Assembly: GCF_963921235.1 (NCBI RefSeq)
Contig: NC_086097.1
Location: 199,828,001-199,892,000 of the forward strand
DNA: 64,000 bases
Reading direction: 5' to 3'
DNA from: Mobula hypostoma
Lineage: Eukaryota
Shown: piece by piece, positions 53,781-63,861 of the stretch
How the letters are laid out: every line of letters begins with the position of its first letter
Numbering within the stretch: the first letter of the stretch is position 1
The notes under the pieces: model-generated
Seen by the model: the letters and a program-made list of their open reading frames with translations, nothing else
Databases searched by the model: none
What the model was told of the DNA's origin: nothing
Program-made: the position numbers and the translations under genes

Positions 53781-56780
53781 TCAGAACCCAGCCTTCCCTC
53801 CATACCCCCTGACCCCTGTAGCCACAAGGGCCATATCTAACTTCCTTTTAAACATAGCTAATGAACTGGCCTCAACAGTTTGCTGTGGCAGAGAATTCCA
53901 CAGATTCACCACTCTCTGTGTGAAGAAGTTTTTCCTAATCTCGGTCCTAAAAGGCTTCCCCTCTATCCTCAAACTGTGACCCCTCGTTCTGGACCTCCCC
54001 AACATCGGGAACAATCTTCCCGCATCTAGCCTGTCCAATCCCTTTAGGATCTTATACGTTTCAATCAGATCCCCTCTCAATCTTCTAAATTCCAACGAGT
54101 ACAAGCCCAGTTCATCCAGTCTTTCTTCATATGAAAGACCTGCCATCCCAGGAATCAATCTGGTGAACCTTCTTTGTACTCCCTCTATGGCAAAGATGTC
54201 TTTCCTCAGATTAGGGGACCAAAACTGCACACAATACTCCAGGTGTGGTCTCACCAAGGCCTTGTACAACTGCAGTAGTACCTCCCTGCTCCTGTACTCG
54301 AATCCTCTCGCTATAAATGCCAGCATACCGTTCGCCTTTTTCACCGCCTGCTGTACCTGCATGCCCACTTTCAATGACTGGTGTATAATGACACCCAGGT
54401 CTCGTTGCACCTCCCCTTTTCCTAATCGGCCACCATTCAGATAATAATCTGTTTTCCTATTTTTGCCACCAAAGTGGATAACTTCACATTTATCCACATT
54501 AAATTGCATCTGCCATGAGTTTGCCCACTCACCCAACCTATCCAAGTCACCCTGCATCCTCTTAGCATCCTCCTCACTGCTAACACTGCCACCCAGCTTC
54601 GTGTCATCCGCAAACTTGGAGATGCTGCATTTAATTCCCTCATCCAAGTCATTAATATATATTGTAAACAACTGGGGTCCCAGCACTGAGCCTTGCGGTA
54701 CCCCACTAGTCACCGCCTGCCATTCTGAAAAGGTCCCGTTTATTCCCACTCTTTGCTTCCTGTCTGCTAACCAATTCTCCACCCACACCAATACCTTACC
54801 CCCAATACCGTGTGCTTTAAGTTTGCACACTAATCTCCTGTGTGGGACCTTGTCAAAAGCCTTTTGAAAATCCAAATATACCACATCCACTGGTTCTCCC
54901 CTATCCACTCTACTAGTTACATCCTCAAAAAATTCTATGAGATTCGTCAGACATGATTTTCCTTTCACAAATCCATGCTGACTTTGTCCAATCATTTCAC
55001 CGCTTTCCAAATGTGCTGTTATCACATCCTTGATAACTGACTCCAGCAGTTTCCCCACCACCGACGTTAGGCTAACCGGCCTATAATTCCCCGGTTTCTC
55101 TCTCCCTCCTTTTTTAAAAAGTGGGGTTACATTAGCCACCCTCCAATCCTCAGGAACTAGTCCAGAATCTAACGAGTTTTGAAAAATTATCACTAATGCA
55201 TCCACTATTTCTTGGGCTACTTCCTTAAGCACTCTGGGATGCAGACCATCTGGCCCTGGGGATTTATCTGCCTTCAATCCCTTCAATTTACCTAACACCA
55301 CTTCCCTACTAACATGTATTTCGCTCAGTTCCTCCATCTCACTGGACCCTCTGTCCCTTACTATTTCTGGAAGATTATTTATGTCCTCCTTAGTGAAGAC
55401 AGAACCAAAGTAATTATTCAATTGGTCTGCCATGTCCTTGCTCCACATAATCAATTCACCTGTTTCTGTCTGCAGGGGACCTACATTTGTCTTTATCAGT
55501 CTTTTCCTTTTTACATATCTATAAAAGCTTTTACAGTCCGTTTTTATGTTCTCTGCCAGTTTTCTCTCATAATCTTTTTTCCCCTTCCTAATTAAGCCCT
55601 TTGTCCTCCTCTGCTGAACTCTGAATTTCTCCCAGCCCTCAGGTGAGCCACTTTCTCTGGCTAATTTGTATGCTACTTCTTTGGAATTGATACTATCCCT
55701 AATTTCTCTTGTCAGCCACGGGTGCACTACCTTCCTTGATTTATTCTTTTGCCAAACTGGGATGAACAATTGTTGTAGTTCATCCATGCAACCTTTAAAT
55801 GCCTGCCATTGCATATCCACCGTCAATCCTTGAAGTGTCATTTGCCAGTCTATCTTAGCTAATTCATGTCTCATACCTTCAAAGTTACCCCTCTTTAAGT
55901 TCAGAACCTTTGTTTCTGAATTAACTATGTCACTCTCCATGTTAATGAAGAATTCCACCATATTATGGTCACTCTTACCCAAGGGGCCTCTCACGACAAG
56001 ATCGCTAATTAACCCTTCCTCATTGCTCAAAACCCAGTCCAGAATAGCCTGCTCTCTAGTCGGTTCCTCGACATGTTGGTTCAAAAAACCATCCCGCATA
56101 CATTCCAAGAAATCCTCTTCCTCAGCACCTTTACCAATTTGGTTCACCCAGTCTACATGTAGATTGAAGTCACCCATTATAACTGCTGTTCCTTTATTGC
56201 ACACATTTCTAATTTCCTGTTTAATACCATCTCCGACCTCACTACTACTGTTAGGTGGCCTGTACACAACTCCCACCAGCGTCTTCTGCCCCTTAGTGTT
56301 ACGCAGCTCTACCCATATCGATTCCACATCTTCCCGGCTTATGTCCTTCCTTTCTATTGCGTTAATCTCTTTTTTAACCAGCAACGCCACCCCACCTCCC
56401 CTTCCTTCGTGTCTATCCCTCCTGAATATTGAATATCCCTGAACGTTGAGCTCCCATCCCTGGTCACCCTGGAGCCATGTCTCTGTGATCCCAACTATAT
56501 CATAATCATTAATAACAATCTGCACTTTCAATTCATCCACCTTATTACGAATGCTCCTTGCATTGACACATAAAGCCTTCAGGCGCTCTTTTACAACTCT
56601 CTTAGCCCTTTTTAATGCTTGCCCTGGATTTGTCGGCCTGCCACTTTTACTTTTCCCCTTTGTACTTTTTGCTTCTACGCTCACTTTACACCCCTCTGTC
56701 TCTCTGCACTGGTTCCCATCCCTCTGTTGTGAACTAACCTCCTCACACCTAGCCGCTTTAATTTGATTCCCACCCCCCAA
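53781..56780 (-). CDS. CR1 ORF2: APE endonuclease + reverse transcriptase (no AUG at the start; TTG called by the ORF finder)
   Basis: NARSIRNK, ITETW, YRPP, GDFN, SDH (EN); YLDFQKAFDKVPH, GVPQGSVLGP, FADD (RT); no stops. Confidence 0.95.
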   Translation of the reverse strand: MGGGNQIKAARCEEVSSQQRDGNQCRETEGCKVSVEAKSTKGKSKSGRPTNPGQALKRAKRVVKERLKALCVNARSIRNKVDELKVQIVINDYDIVGITETWLQGDQGWELNVQGYSIFRRDRHEGRGGGVALLVKKEINAIERKDISREDVESIWVELRNTKGQKTLVGVVYRPPNSSSEVGDGIKQEIRNVCNKGTAVIMGDFNLHVDWVNQIGKGAEEEDFLECMRDGFLNQHVEEPTREQAILDWVLSNEEGLISDLVVRGPLGKSDHNMVEFFINMESDIVNSETKVLNLKRGNFEGMRHELAKIDWQMTLQGLTVDMQWQAFKGCMDELQQLFIPVWQKNKSRKVVHPWLTREIRDSINSKEVAYKLARESGSPEGWEKFRVQQRRTKGLIRKGKKDYERKLAENIKTDCKSFYRYVKRKRLIKTNVGPLQTETGELIMWSKDMADQLNNYFGSVFTKEDINNLPEIVRDRGSSEMEELSEIHVSREVVLGKLKGLKADKSPGPDGLHPRVLKEVAQEIVDALVIIFQNSLDSGLVPEDWRVANVTPLFKKGGREKPGNYRPVSLTSVVGKLLESVIKDVITAHLESGEMIGQSQHGFVKGKSCLTNLIEFFEDVTSRVDRGEPVDVVYLDFQKAFDKVPHRRLVCKLKAHGIGGKVLVWVENWLADRKQRVGINGTFSEWQAVTSGVPQGSVLGPQLFTIYINDLDEGIKCSISKFADDTKLGGSVSSEEDAKRMQGDLDRLGEWANSWQMQFNVDKCEVIHFGGKNRKTDYYLNGGRLGKGEVQRDLGVIIHQSLKVGMQVQQAVKKANGMLAFIARGFEYRSREVLLQLYKALVRPHLEYCVQFWSPNLRKDIFAIEGVQRRFTRLIPGMAGLSYEERLDELGLYSLEFRRLRGDLIETYKILKGLDRLDAGRLFPMLGRSRTRGHSLRIEGKPFRTEIRKNFFTQRVVNLWNSLPQQTVEASSLAMFKRKLDMALVATGVRGYGGKAGF

Positions 56781-56785
56781 CCATT

Positions 56786-57500
56786 CTAGTTTAAAGTCAC
56801 CTCAGTAGCCCCCGCTAATCTCCCTGCCAGGATATTGGTCCCCCTAGGATTTAAGTGTAACCCGTCCTTTTTGTACAGGTCACACCTGCGCCAAAAGAGG
56901 TCCCAATGATCCAAAAACTTGAATCCCTGCCCCCTGCTCCAATCCCTCAGCCACGCATTTATCCTCCACCTCATCGCATTCCTACTCTCACTGTCGCGTG
57001 GCACAGGCAGTAATCCCGAGATTACTACCTTTGCGGTCCTTTTTCTCAACTCCCTTCCTAGCTCCCTATATTCTTCTTTCAGGACCTCATCCCTTTTCCT
57101 ACCTATGTCATTGGTACCTATATGTACCAGGACCTCTGGCTCTTCACCCTCCCACTTCAGGATATCTTGGACACGATCAGAAATATCCCGGACCCTGGCA
57201 CCAGGGAGGCAAACTACCATCCGAGTCTCTGGACTGCGTCCACAGAATCGCCTATCTGACCCCCTTACTATCGAGTCCCCTATCACAACTGCCCTCCTCT
57301 TCCTTGCCCTACCCTTCTGAGCTACAGGGCCAAACTCTGTGCCGGAGGCAGGGCCACTGTCGCTTCCCCCGGGTAAGCTGTCCCCCCCAACAGTACTCAA
57401 ACAGGAGTACCTGTTGTTAAGGGGCACAGCCGCCGGGGTACTCCCCATCACCTTCCTTTTCCCCTTCCCCCTCCTAACCGTGACCCACTTGTCTGCCTCT
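56786..57500 (-). CDS. CR1 ORF1 C-terminal part, SGNH esterase-like
   Basis: VIGDSIVR, CLPGA, HIGTND, DGLHLN blocks; N-terminus lost by 5' truncation. Confidence 0.9.
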
Positions 57501-57606
57501 GTTAACACTGATCTTGTTTCTAGCTTGGACTATTACAGCTTTCAGAAACATATTTATGAAATATATTATTTTTCTTGTCTCTAATTTTTCAAATTGTCAC
57601 TAATAG

Positions 57607-57738
57607 GATTTGGCAGTGACTAATGAAGATAATTTGCCCACGTACAACCGTTGTGCCATTCTAGCTCTTGTGGCTGCATACTTGAACTTCCTAAGTCAGA
57701 TGATTGCAGTACCAGCTTTTTGTCAGCATGTAAATAAG
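57607..57738 (+). CDS. EFR3A: EFR3A coding exon (132 nt)
   Basis: taatAG|GAT TTG GCA...AAT AAG|GTtggt; DLAVTNEDNLPTYNRCAILALVAAYLNFLSQMIAVPAFCQHVNK. Confidence 0.95.
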
Positions 57739-59165
57739 GTTGGTAGTTTAGTTTTTGAGACTTTCTTGAATTATCTAAGGAACTTGTGCTGGATAAGTTT
57801 CCAGAGGATTATGCAATGCACTGATCAGCCATTAGTTACATTGGATGGAAGTATTTTTAAAATAATATATTTTATTGTTGAGCATTGCAGCCAAATGCTT
57901 TAGTAAATACTGCCCAATGTACTCTTTCAGTGCTAAAGGTACTTAGTAAGTAATGTCAATGTGAATGATGGTGAAAATATAACATCCCTTGCTCAGTGGG
58001 TAAAGCATGGGAAGTAGTTAACAAAATGCAGCTAGGGTTTAAATTCCTTCCTAAGAATTGGTCCTGTCTAGCCTGAGCTGAGATGAGCTTTCAGGCCACA
58101 TTTGAGCCATTACTAAAACTACCTTTTCTCATCACCTCCTTTACCTTGTGTAATTCCAACCCTGCATCTCTTAAATCTCACTCACATAGCAATTTTTAAA
58201 CTCTAGACTGATTAGTCCAACTTGCAATCAGCTTTTCCCTTTCATTTTACTCTCTATAAATCTTGAACTCTTTACGAAACCACCTATCTGTCTCTTCTTA
58301 TGCCATTATCCATTTGCTCTTCACTGTATTGTTTTACTGACTTGCCTTCTTCCCTGGCTAAGTTATTAGTTGATTTTAGGGTTTTAACATGTGCTTTCAA
58401 ATCTCTTCTTGATCCTAACCCTCTATCTGTATAATCTCTTCCATCACTTTATCTGTTTGATTTATTTGCATTCGTTTTAATTCTAGCTACTGGAAAAGTA
58501 ACTGCTTCATCTTGGCAGGCACTTCAATAACCAAAGCTCAGAACTTATATTCCCTTCCTAAATCCTTCCACCTCTCATTCCAACTTTATGATGCTAATTA
58601 TGTCAATCAATGTTGACCAGACAATAGGATTTTAGATATCTACTCAGCTTTCTCCTTAACCTGTCAACCTTTAGTTGTCAATGCTCCTGTGAAGTACATT
58701 TGCATAGTTATTCAAAATATGCTATATTTTTGAACCTAATAGTTTAAAATTAAATTGACCCAAGATTTTGTAAAATTTACTTTGCTATTCCTCTTCAACC
58801 GAGTAAAAGCTATAAACTGGAATATGCTGTAGATCTCTAATTTTGTCCATGAAAGGTGAAAGCTGTTGGGTTCTGAGCTTGGATAACTAGGCAACATTCT
58901 TGTATCCATTATCAGGTCTTCAGCTCCCAAAGTTAAGTTCACCAGTTACCTTTGGACTGTACAGTGTCCAGTGGAAGATAGTCCACTAAGACATGGGGTA
59001 ATGAATACAGTTTCAGCAAGAATGGGAGCTTTACTGAATAGATATCCATATTTGCATGGTATGGAAGCAAACTGTAGAAACAAAAATCCAAAGATGTAGA
59101 ATAAGCGATGTATGTATCGAATCATCTTACTTAACTACTGTATGACTTCTGACTTCCTTTTTAAG

Positions 59166-59233
59166 GTGATTGAAATACGAAGCAAAGAAGCACCTTATCT
59201 TCTGCCTGAAAACCTCTCCAGAGAAAAGTATGT
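59166..59233 (+). CDS. EFR3A: EFR3A coding exon (62 or 68 nt depending on donor); last exon seen, gene continues beyond the window
   Basis: tttaAG|GTG ATT GAA ATA CGA; VIEIRSKEAPYLLPENLSRE; donor either AA|GTatgt (exon end 59227) or GT|GCaagt (exon end 59233). Confidence 0.88.
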
Positions 59234-59381
59234 GCAAGTACAGTAGATGTTGCTTGAAAATTAATTTCTGTTTATTTTTATGTAAGGGAAATGACTGTGG
59301 TATAGCAAATCTGAACCATTAACATTGGTAATTCAATTTCTCAAAAATAAGTTCATAAGTAGAGAATCTCGTGAAAAAGAC

Positions 59382-59470
59382 AAGGGTCTGGGCCCGAAAC
59401 GTCGACTGTACCCCTTCCGGTAGATGCTGCTTGGCCTGCTGCTTTCACCAGCAATTTTTATGTGTGCTGC
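59382..59470 (+). mobile_element. Penelope terminal-repeat fragment starting inside the hammerhead core
   Basis: aagggtctgggcccgaaacgtcgactg...gatgctgcttggcctgctgctttcaccagca. Confidence 0.75.
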
Positions 59471-59546
59471 GGAGAAAAATTATTCCTTGTTCTCAGTTCA
59501 AATGTTTCAAAGGAACATTTAATATCAGAGAAATGTATACAATGTG

Positions 59547-60699
59547 CGAGGGGTGATTGATAAATTTGTCTGGATCTACAACCTAATTTGCTTACGGCAA
59601 TTTTTGGGTTTATCCCATCGGAAGTAGGAAATATTCCTTTTTCCGCTCAACGTATGCTAGCCTTTTCGACCTTTCTGGTTAGGCGAGCCATTTTATTGAA
59701 GTGGAAGGATTCTAATCCACCTACGGTCTTTTATTGGCTCTCCTCCATTATGTCCTGTTTAAGTTTAGAGAAAATAAGAAGTCGGACATTTGATACATCC
59801 TTTAAATTTGAGCAAATTTGGCGACCTTTTATCCAATATTTTCATTTAGTTTGATTTATTACTCTTTCAGTCATTTTTTTTCGAAGTTTTAGATTTGATC
59901 AGAAAGCCTTTTTCTTTTTTTTTAGTCGTATCCTCAAAATGGACGGCCCAGTCCCTTTTTTTCATTTTTTTTTTATATAGTGTGGGTTTTTTTTTCTCTT
60001 CACTTAAAACCCAATGTTTTTTCTTTTCTTTTCATAAACCGATAAGAGGAGAATTGCTATTTTCATTTTTTATTATATATTTTATACTAGTTTTACATTA
60101 TCTATGATTTGACAATGTCTATCTTAGTTTCAGTTTGATTTGTTACTGATATATATATTTGAGATAATTCTCCTGTTGATTGTATTTATGCTGCTTTTAA
60201 ATCAATGAAAAGATTAATAAAGAAAGAAAGATAAATTTGTGGCCTAAGGCAGAAGGAGTCAATGTTAGAAAACCTAGCATATTTATTTTTCAACGTAGTC
60301 CCCTCCTACTTGTACACACTTAGTCCAGCAGTCATGGAGCATACGGATCCTTTCTTTGTAGAAGTGGTCCACAGCAGGGGTGATTGATAAATCCGTGGCC
60401 TACGGTAGAAGGAGGTGAGTTATACAGCTCTCGTTACATGCATGTGCAGTTCAACTCTGAGTGAAAATGCAGAAAGTTTGAAGTTTCTCCTCATCTCCTT
60501 CTACTTTAGGCCACTAACTTATTAATCACCCCTGCTTAGGACCACATTCTAGAGGTCCAAGATGCTGACTTCTACAATGAAGGAATCCCTATGCTCCACG
60601 ACCGCTGGACTGAGTGTGTAAATGTAGGTAAAATAAGTGTGCTAGGTTTTCTAAAATTGACTCCTCCTGCCTTAGGCCACAAACTTATCCATCACCCCG
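59547..60699. mobile_element. Palindromic mariner-derived MITE, interrupted by an L1-clade insertion
   Basis: Outer TIR cgaggggtgattgataaatttgtggcctaaggcagaaggag mirrored at 60661-60699; inner TIR pair 60375-60414 / 60495-60534; mariner C-terminal remnant FYNEGIPMLHDRWTECVNVG. Confidence 0.8.
59570..60229 (+). mobile_element. L1-clade LINE 3' fragment
   Basis: ORF end RRAILLKWKDSNPPT...LEKIR...IWRPFIQYF, T-rich UTR, aataaa and (aaag)n tail, 11-bp TSD gataaatttgt (59559-59569, 60230-60240). Confidence 0.85.
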
Positions 60700-61010
60700 C
60701 ATACATCCTGAAATTCTTTTTCTTCACCACCATCCACGAAAACAGAGGAGTGCCCCAAAGAATGAATGATAGTTAAATGTTAGAATCCCAAAGCCCCCCC
60801 ACCCGCTCCTCCCCCTCCCACGCAGAAGCAGCAGCAAAGCAACGATCCCTCCTCCCCAACAAGCAAAATAAACATCGGCACCCCCCAGCCAGCATGCAAG
60901 CGTTGTAGCAAAGCATCAGTAAAGACACAGACTTGTAATACCCCAAAGACTACTCGTTCACCCGGTAATTCGACATACCTCAGTCAGTCAGTCTGTCTCT
61001 GTCTGTCTGT

Positions 61011-61110
61011 CTCTCTTCCCCCCTCTCCCTCTCTCTTCCCCCCTCTCCCTCTCTCTTCCCCCCCTCCCTCTCTCTTCCCCGCCCTCTCCCTCTCTCTTCC
61101 CCCCTCCCTC
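61011..61110. repeat. Polypyrimidine minisatellite, about 20-bp unit x5
   Basis: (ctctcttcccccctctccct)n with small variants. Confidence 0.9.
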
Positions 61111-62141
61111 AATAAGGGAAAAAGAGGTGTCTCCATTTCACAGTGAGAGGGGAGAAATGACTAACAGCTTGCTGATTTACAATGCTAAAAGTCTGTTGTG
61201 TTACTTTTTCTAAGCTTTTGGATAAATGTCTTGAAAAACACCAGACAGCATTAAAATAGGCAGAAACGTTTATAGGAACAATCGATCAGATCTTGTCTCA
61301 ATTATGAGCTCTGTGTTAGCATCCATGCCATGGAAATGAAAATGAAATTAAAGCAATGGATGTGCTTGAATGGCCCACACAGATATGTTGTATTTGAGGA
61401 TTGTAATGCCTCCATGCACCAACAGACACATCATCAGGGAGGTAAAGAGAAACTTAAGACCAATTTGTAGATGAAAATAATTCTGTATATTTCTCCTGAA
61501 ACCAATAAAGTTATATTCATAGAAAAGTATGGCACTGAGATAGGCTCTGTTGCCTACCCATCCATGCCAACTTTTGTAATCATCTATTCCGATTATATTT
61601 GTCCATGTTAAATCTGTAGTCTTCTGTGTCTTCATAGTCAATTGTCTCAAGGCATTTTAAATGTTGTGATTGTATCTACCTCCTCCACCACTTCGGGCTG
61701 TGCATTCCAGATACCAGCTACTCTCTGTGTGGTAAAACCTTTCCTCTTTGATTTGGTCTGAACCTCCACCCTCTTACCTTAAGCCTATTACCTCTTGTCT
61801 TAGACATTTCTCCCACCACCATGGAAAAGAAAATAAATTACTGTTTGTTCAGAATTTTCATAATCATATTTACTTCTATCAGTTTCTAATCATTATCTCA
61901 ATATGACAACTGTACTACATAGACTTTTTTTCTGATCATGTTATTGCTTGTATAGTTTTTCATATTTTGTTCTTTTTGTCAATGATTCTGTGCCTGCGAT
62001 ACTGCTGCAAATAAGGCTGTCATTGTACCTGTGCATTCATGTCCTTGTACATATGACAGTAAATTTGCCTTCACTTCAGGGAAAAACAAGCCCAGCCTTT
62101 CCAACTCTCCCTGTAGGTAAAGCCCTCCAATCTGCATTGTG

Positions 62142-62177
62142 AGTCCTGACTAAGGGTCTCGGCCTGAAACGTCGACT
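62142..62177 (+). ncRNA. Minimal hammerhead motif with G8-to-U core substitution (probably inactive)
   Basis: agtc-CTGACTA(A)-GGGT ctcg GCCT-GAAA-CG-TC-gact. Confidence 0.6.
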
Positions 62178-62273
62178 GTACTTCTTCCTAGAGATGCTGC
62201 CTGGCCTGCTGCGTTCACCAGCAACTTTGATGTGTGTTGCTTGAATTTCCAGCATCTGCAGAATTCCTGTTGT
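62143..62273 (+). mobile_element. Penelope terminal-repeat mini-insertion in a minus-strand CR1 fragment (about 61520-62330)
   Basis: Starts at hammerhead stem I; flanked by ttgtga (62137-62142, 62274-62279); nearly identical to the 39335-39453 arm. Confidence 0.82.
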
Positions 62274-62334
62274 TTGTGAAACCCTCTGCTCTTTCTCCAG
62301 CCATATCTCATCCAAACTAGAACTGCACATGACA

Positions 62335-62476
62335 CAAACACAAGAGATTCTTCAGATGCCAGAATTCCAGAGTAACACACACAAAATTCTTGAGGAACTC
62401 AGCAGGTCAGGCAGCATCTATGGAGATGAATAAAGAGCTGATCTTTCAGGCCAAGACCCTTCATTGAGACTGAAGG
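62335..62476 (-). mobile_element. Penelope terminal-repeat fragment
   Basis: gaggaactcagcaggtcaggcagcatc...ctttcaggccaagacccttcattgagactg. Confidence 0.75.
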
Positions 62477-62967
62477 ATTGCATGTTTTTTGAGTATGTTA
62501 CATGACACAAGTTCTTGGTTTGGATGTAATTTGAGTAAAGTTGTAAAGTAACATTCGAACTCTGTAATTGGTATCCTGGCCAATGGACACAAACATGCCA
62601 TATGTTTTTTTTTTAACCACCTGTATTCATCTGTGTTGCCACTTTAAAGGAAAATATTCCAAGAGATTACTGACTGCAAGAGCTACAAAGCACATAACCT
62701 ACCTTATGAGCACAGCAATTTCTGCCTGAGCTGAGAATTTTTCCCACTTCCTTTTGAAGGTTTGCAGTTAATCTACTTTTATTGCAAGAGCTAACATTTT
62801 CTAAAGATCATTTACTTGTATCTCACATAGTTGTACCTTAAAATTATGGAAACCTACAGCACAGACACTTTTTTGGTCCACCTCATCCAATGGGCCACAT
62901 TGTGTATCTACAGTCCCCTTGTTTGCTCATATTAGACCCATATGCCTGCATATTATACCTTTCCTAT

Positions 62968-63179
62968 GAAGAAGAAAGCCTTTAACTCCGAGTGGAGTCA
63001 TCGGGACGCCGTCATGATGGCTTTTGTTTTAGCAGACTTTCCTATTTTTACGAGGCCGAGTTGCTAGCTCGATGCTCAACCCAGCACGGATGGAAAGTGT
63101 GCATGGGAGCCGGCTGGATTCAAACTCGGGTGCCTTCACTCCGAAGTCCAGCATTGATGCCACTACACCACCAGCTGGC
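62968..63179 (-). mobile_element. tRNA-derived SINE with (CTT)n tail
   Basis: Minus-strand head gccagctggtggtgtagtgg...gagtttgaatcc; 11-bp TSD acctttcctat (62957-62967, 63180-63190). Confidence 0.85.
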
Positions 63180-63674
63180 ACCTTTCCTATCCATTTTATG
63201 CCAAATTGCTGAAATCTTATCTAATTGCATTTCTTATTATTGCATGATTTTTCATAATTTGTGATCTATCTAACTGAACACTATATAATGGATGCATTTT
63301 GAGTTCATCAATAATGTATCCAAGTTTATATACAATTGGAGTACAATGCCTCATCTCTACCACTCATTCTAGTGGTAGTTTTAAATTTTTTTCAGAGCTT
63401 CTCCACTGCTTTCTGAGGCATGTCCAAAGTTAATACTTGTTTATTATGGAAACTCGGTCAGCCAGTCAATGCCATATCTGACATCACTTTAGGATTATCC
63501 TTGGGCTGCCTCTTCCTATTAAGTGCGATAGGCTGAATCTGATCAACTTAGTGTCATGCTTGATACTTAACTGAGCTCTCAGGCTATTTTCCATTTTAAG
63601 AGCAACTTGTTTCCATCCCAGTAAATTAGCCTACCTCTTATTTTTGGTTCAGAATGCTGTTGTTTGCTTCAATT

Positions 63675-63861
63675 CACAAAATAATCTGCAGATGCTGGGG
63701 TCAAAGGAACACTCACAACATGCTGGAGGAACTCAGCAGGTCAGGCAGCATCCGTGGAAACGATCGGTCGACGTTGAAGGGTTCCGGCCCGAAACGTCGA
63801 CCGATCTTTTCCACAGATGCTGCCCAACCTGCTGAGTTCCTCCAGCGTGTTGTGAGTGTTG
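63675..63861. mobile_element. Inverted Penelope terminal-repeat mini-insertion (second subfamily)
   Basis: Arms about 63709-63774 and 63793-63860 are reverse complements; flanks tttgcttcaatt / tttacttcaatt (12 bp, 1 mismatch). Confidence 0.8.

Larger units (their letters stand above)
53690..57500 (-). mobile_element. Very young CR1 LINE, 5'-truncated in ORF1, with intact ORF2
   Basis: Open ORF1 segment plus uninterrupted 999-codon ORF2, 3' UTR and (tttctatg)n tail. Confidence 0.97.

Noticed and set aside
54163..57584. Plus-strand ORFs of 70-171 aa over the intact CR1 (and equivalents over other CR1 copies)
   Set aside because: Antisense shadows of LINE coding sequence; they recur in every copy and have no independent motifs
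57610..57903. ORF-track 97-aa protein as a stand-alone gene (likewise 4973-5167)
   Set aside because: These are EFR3A exons read through into flanking intron
246..59233. Assignment to EFR3B
   Set aside because: GNMNNA, LKHLRLSV and GSNLPDYQRSEI match recalled EFR3A rather than EFR3B; reciprocal BLAST would confirm
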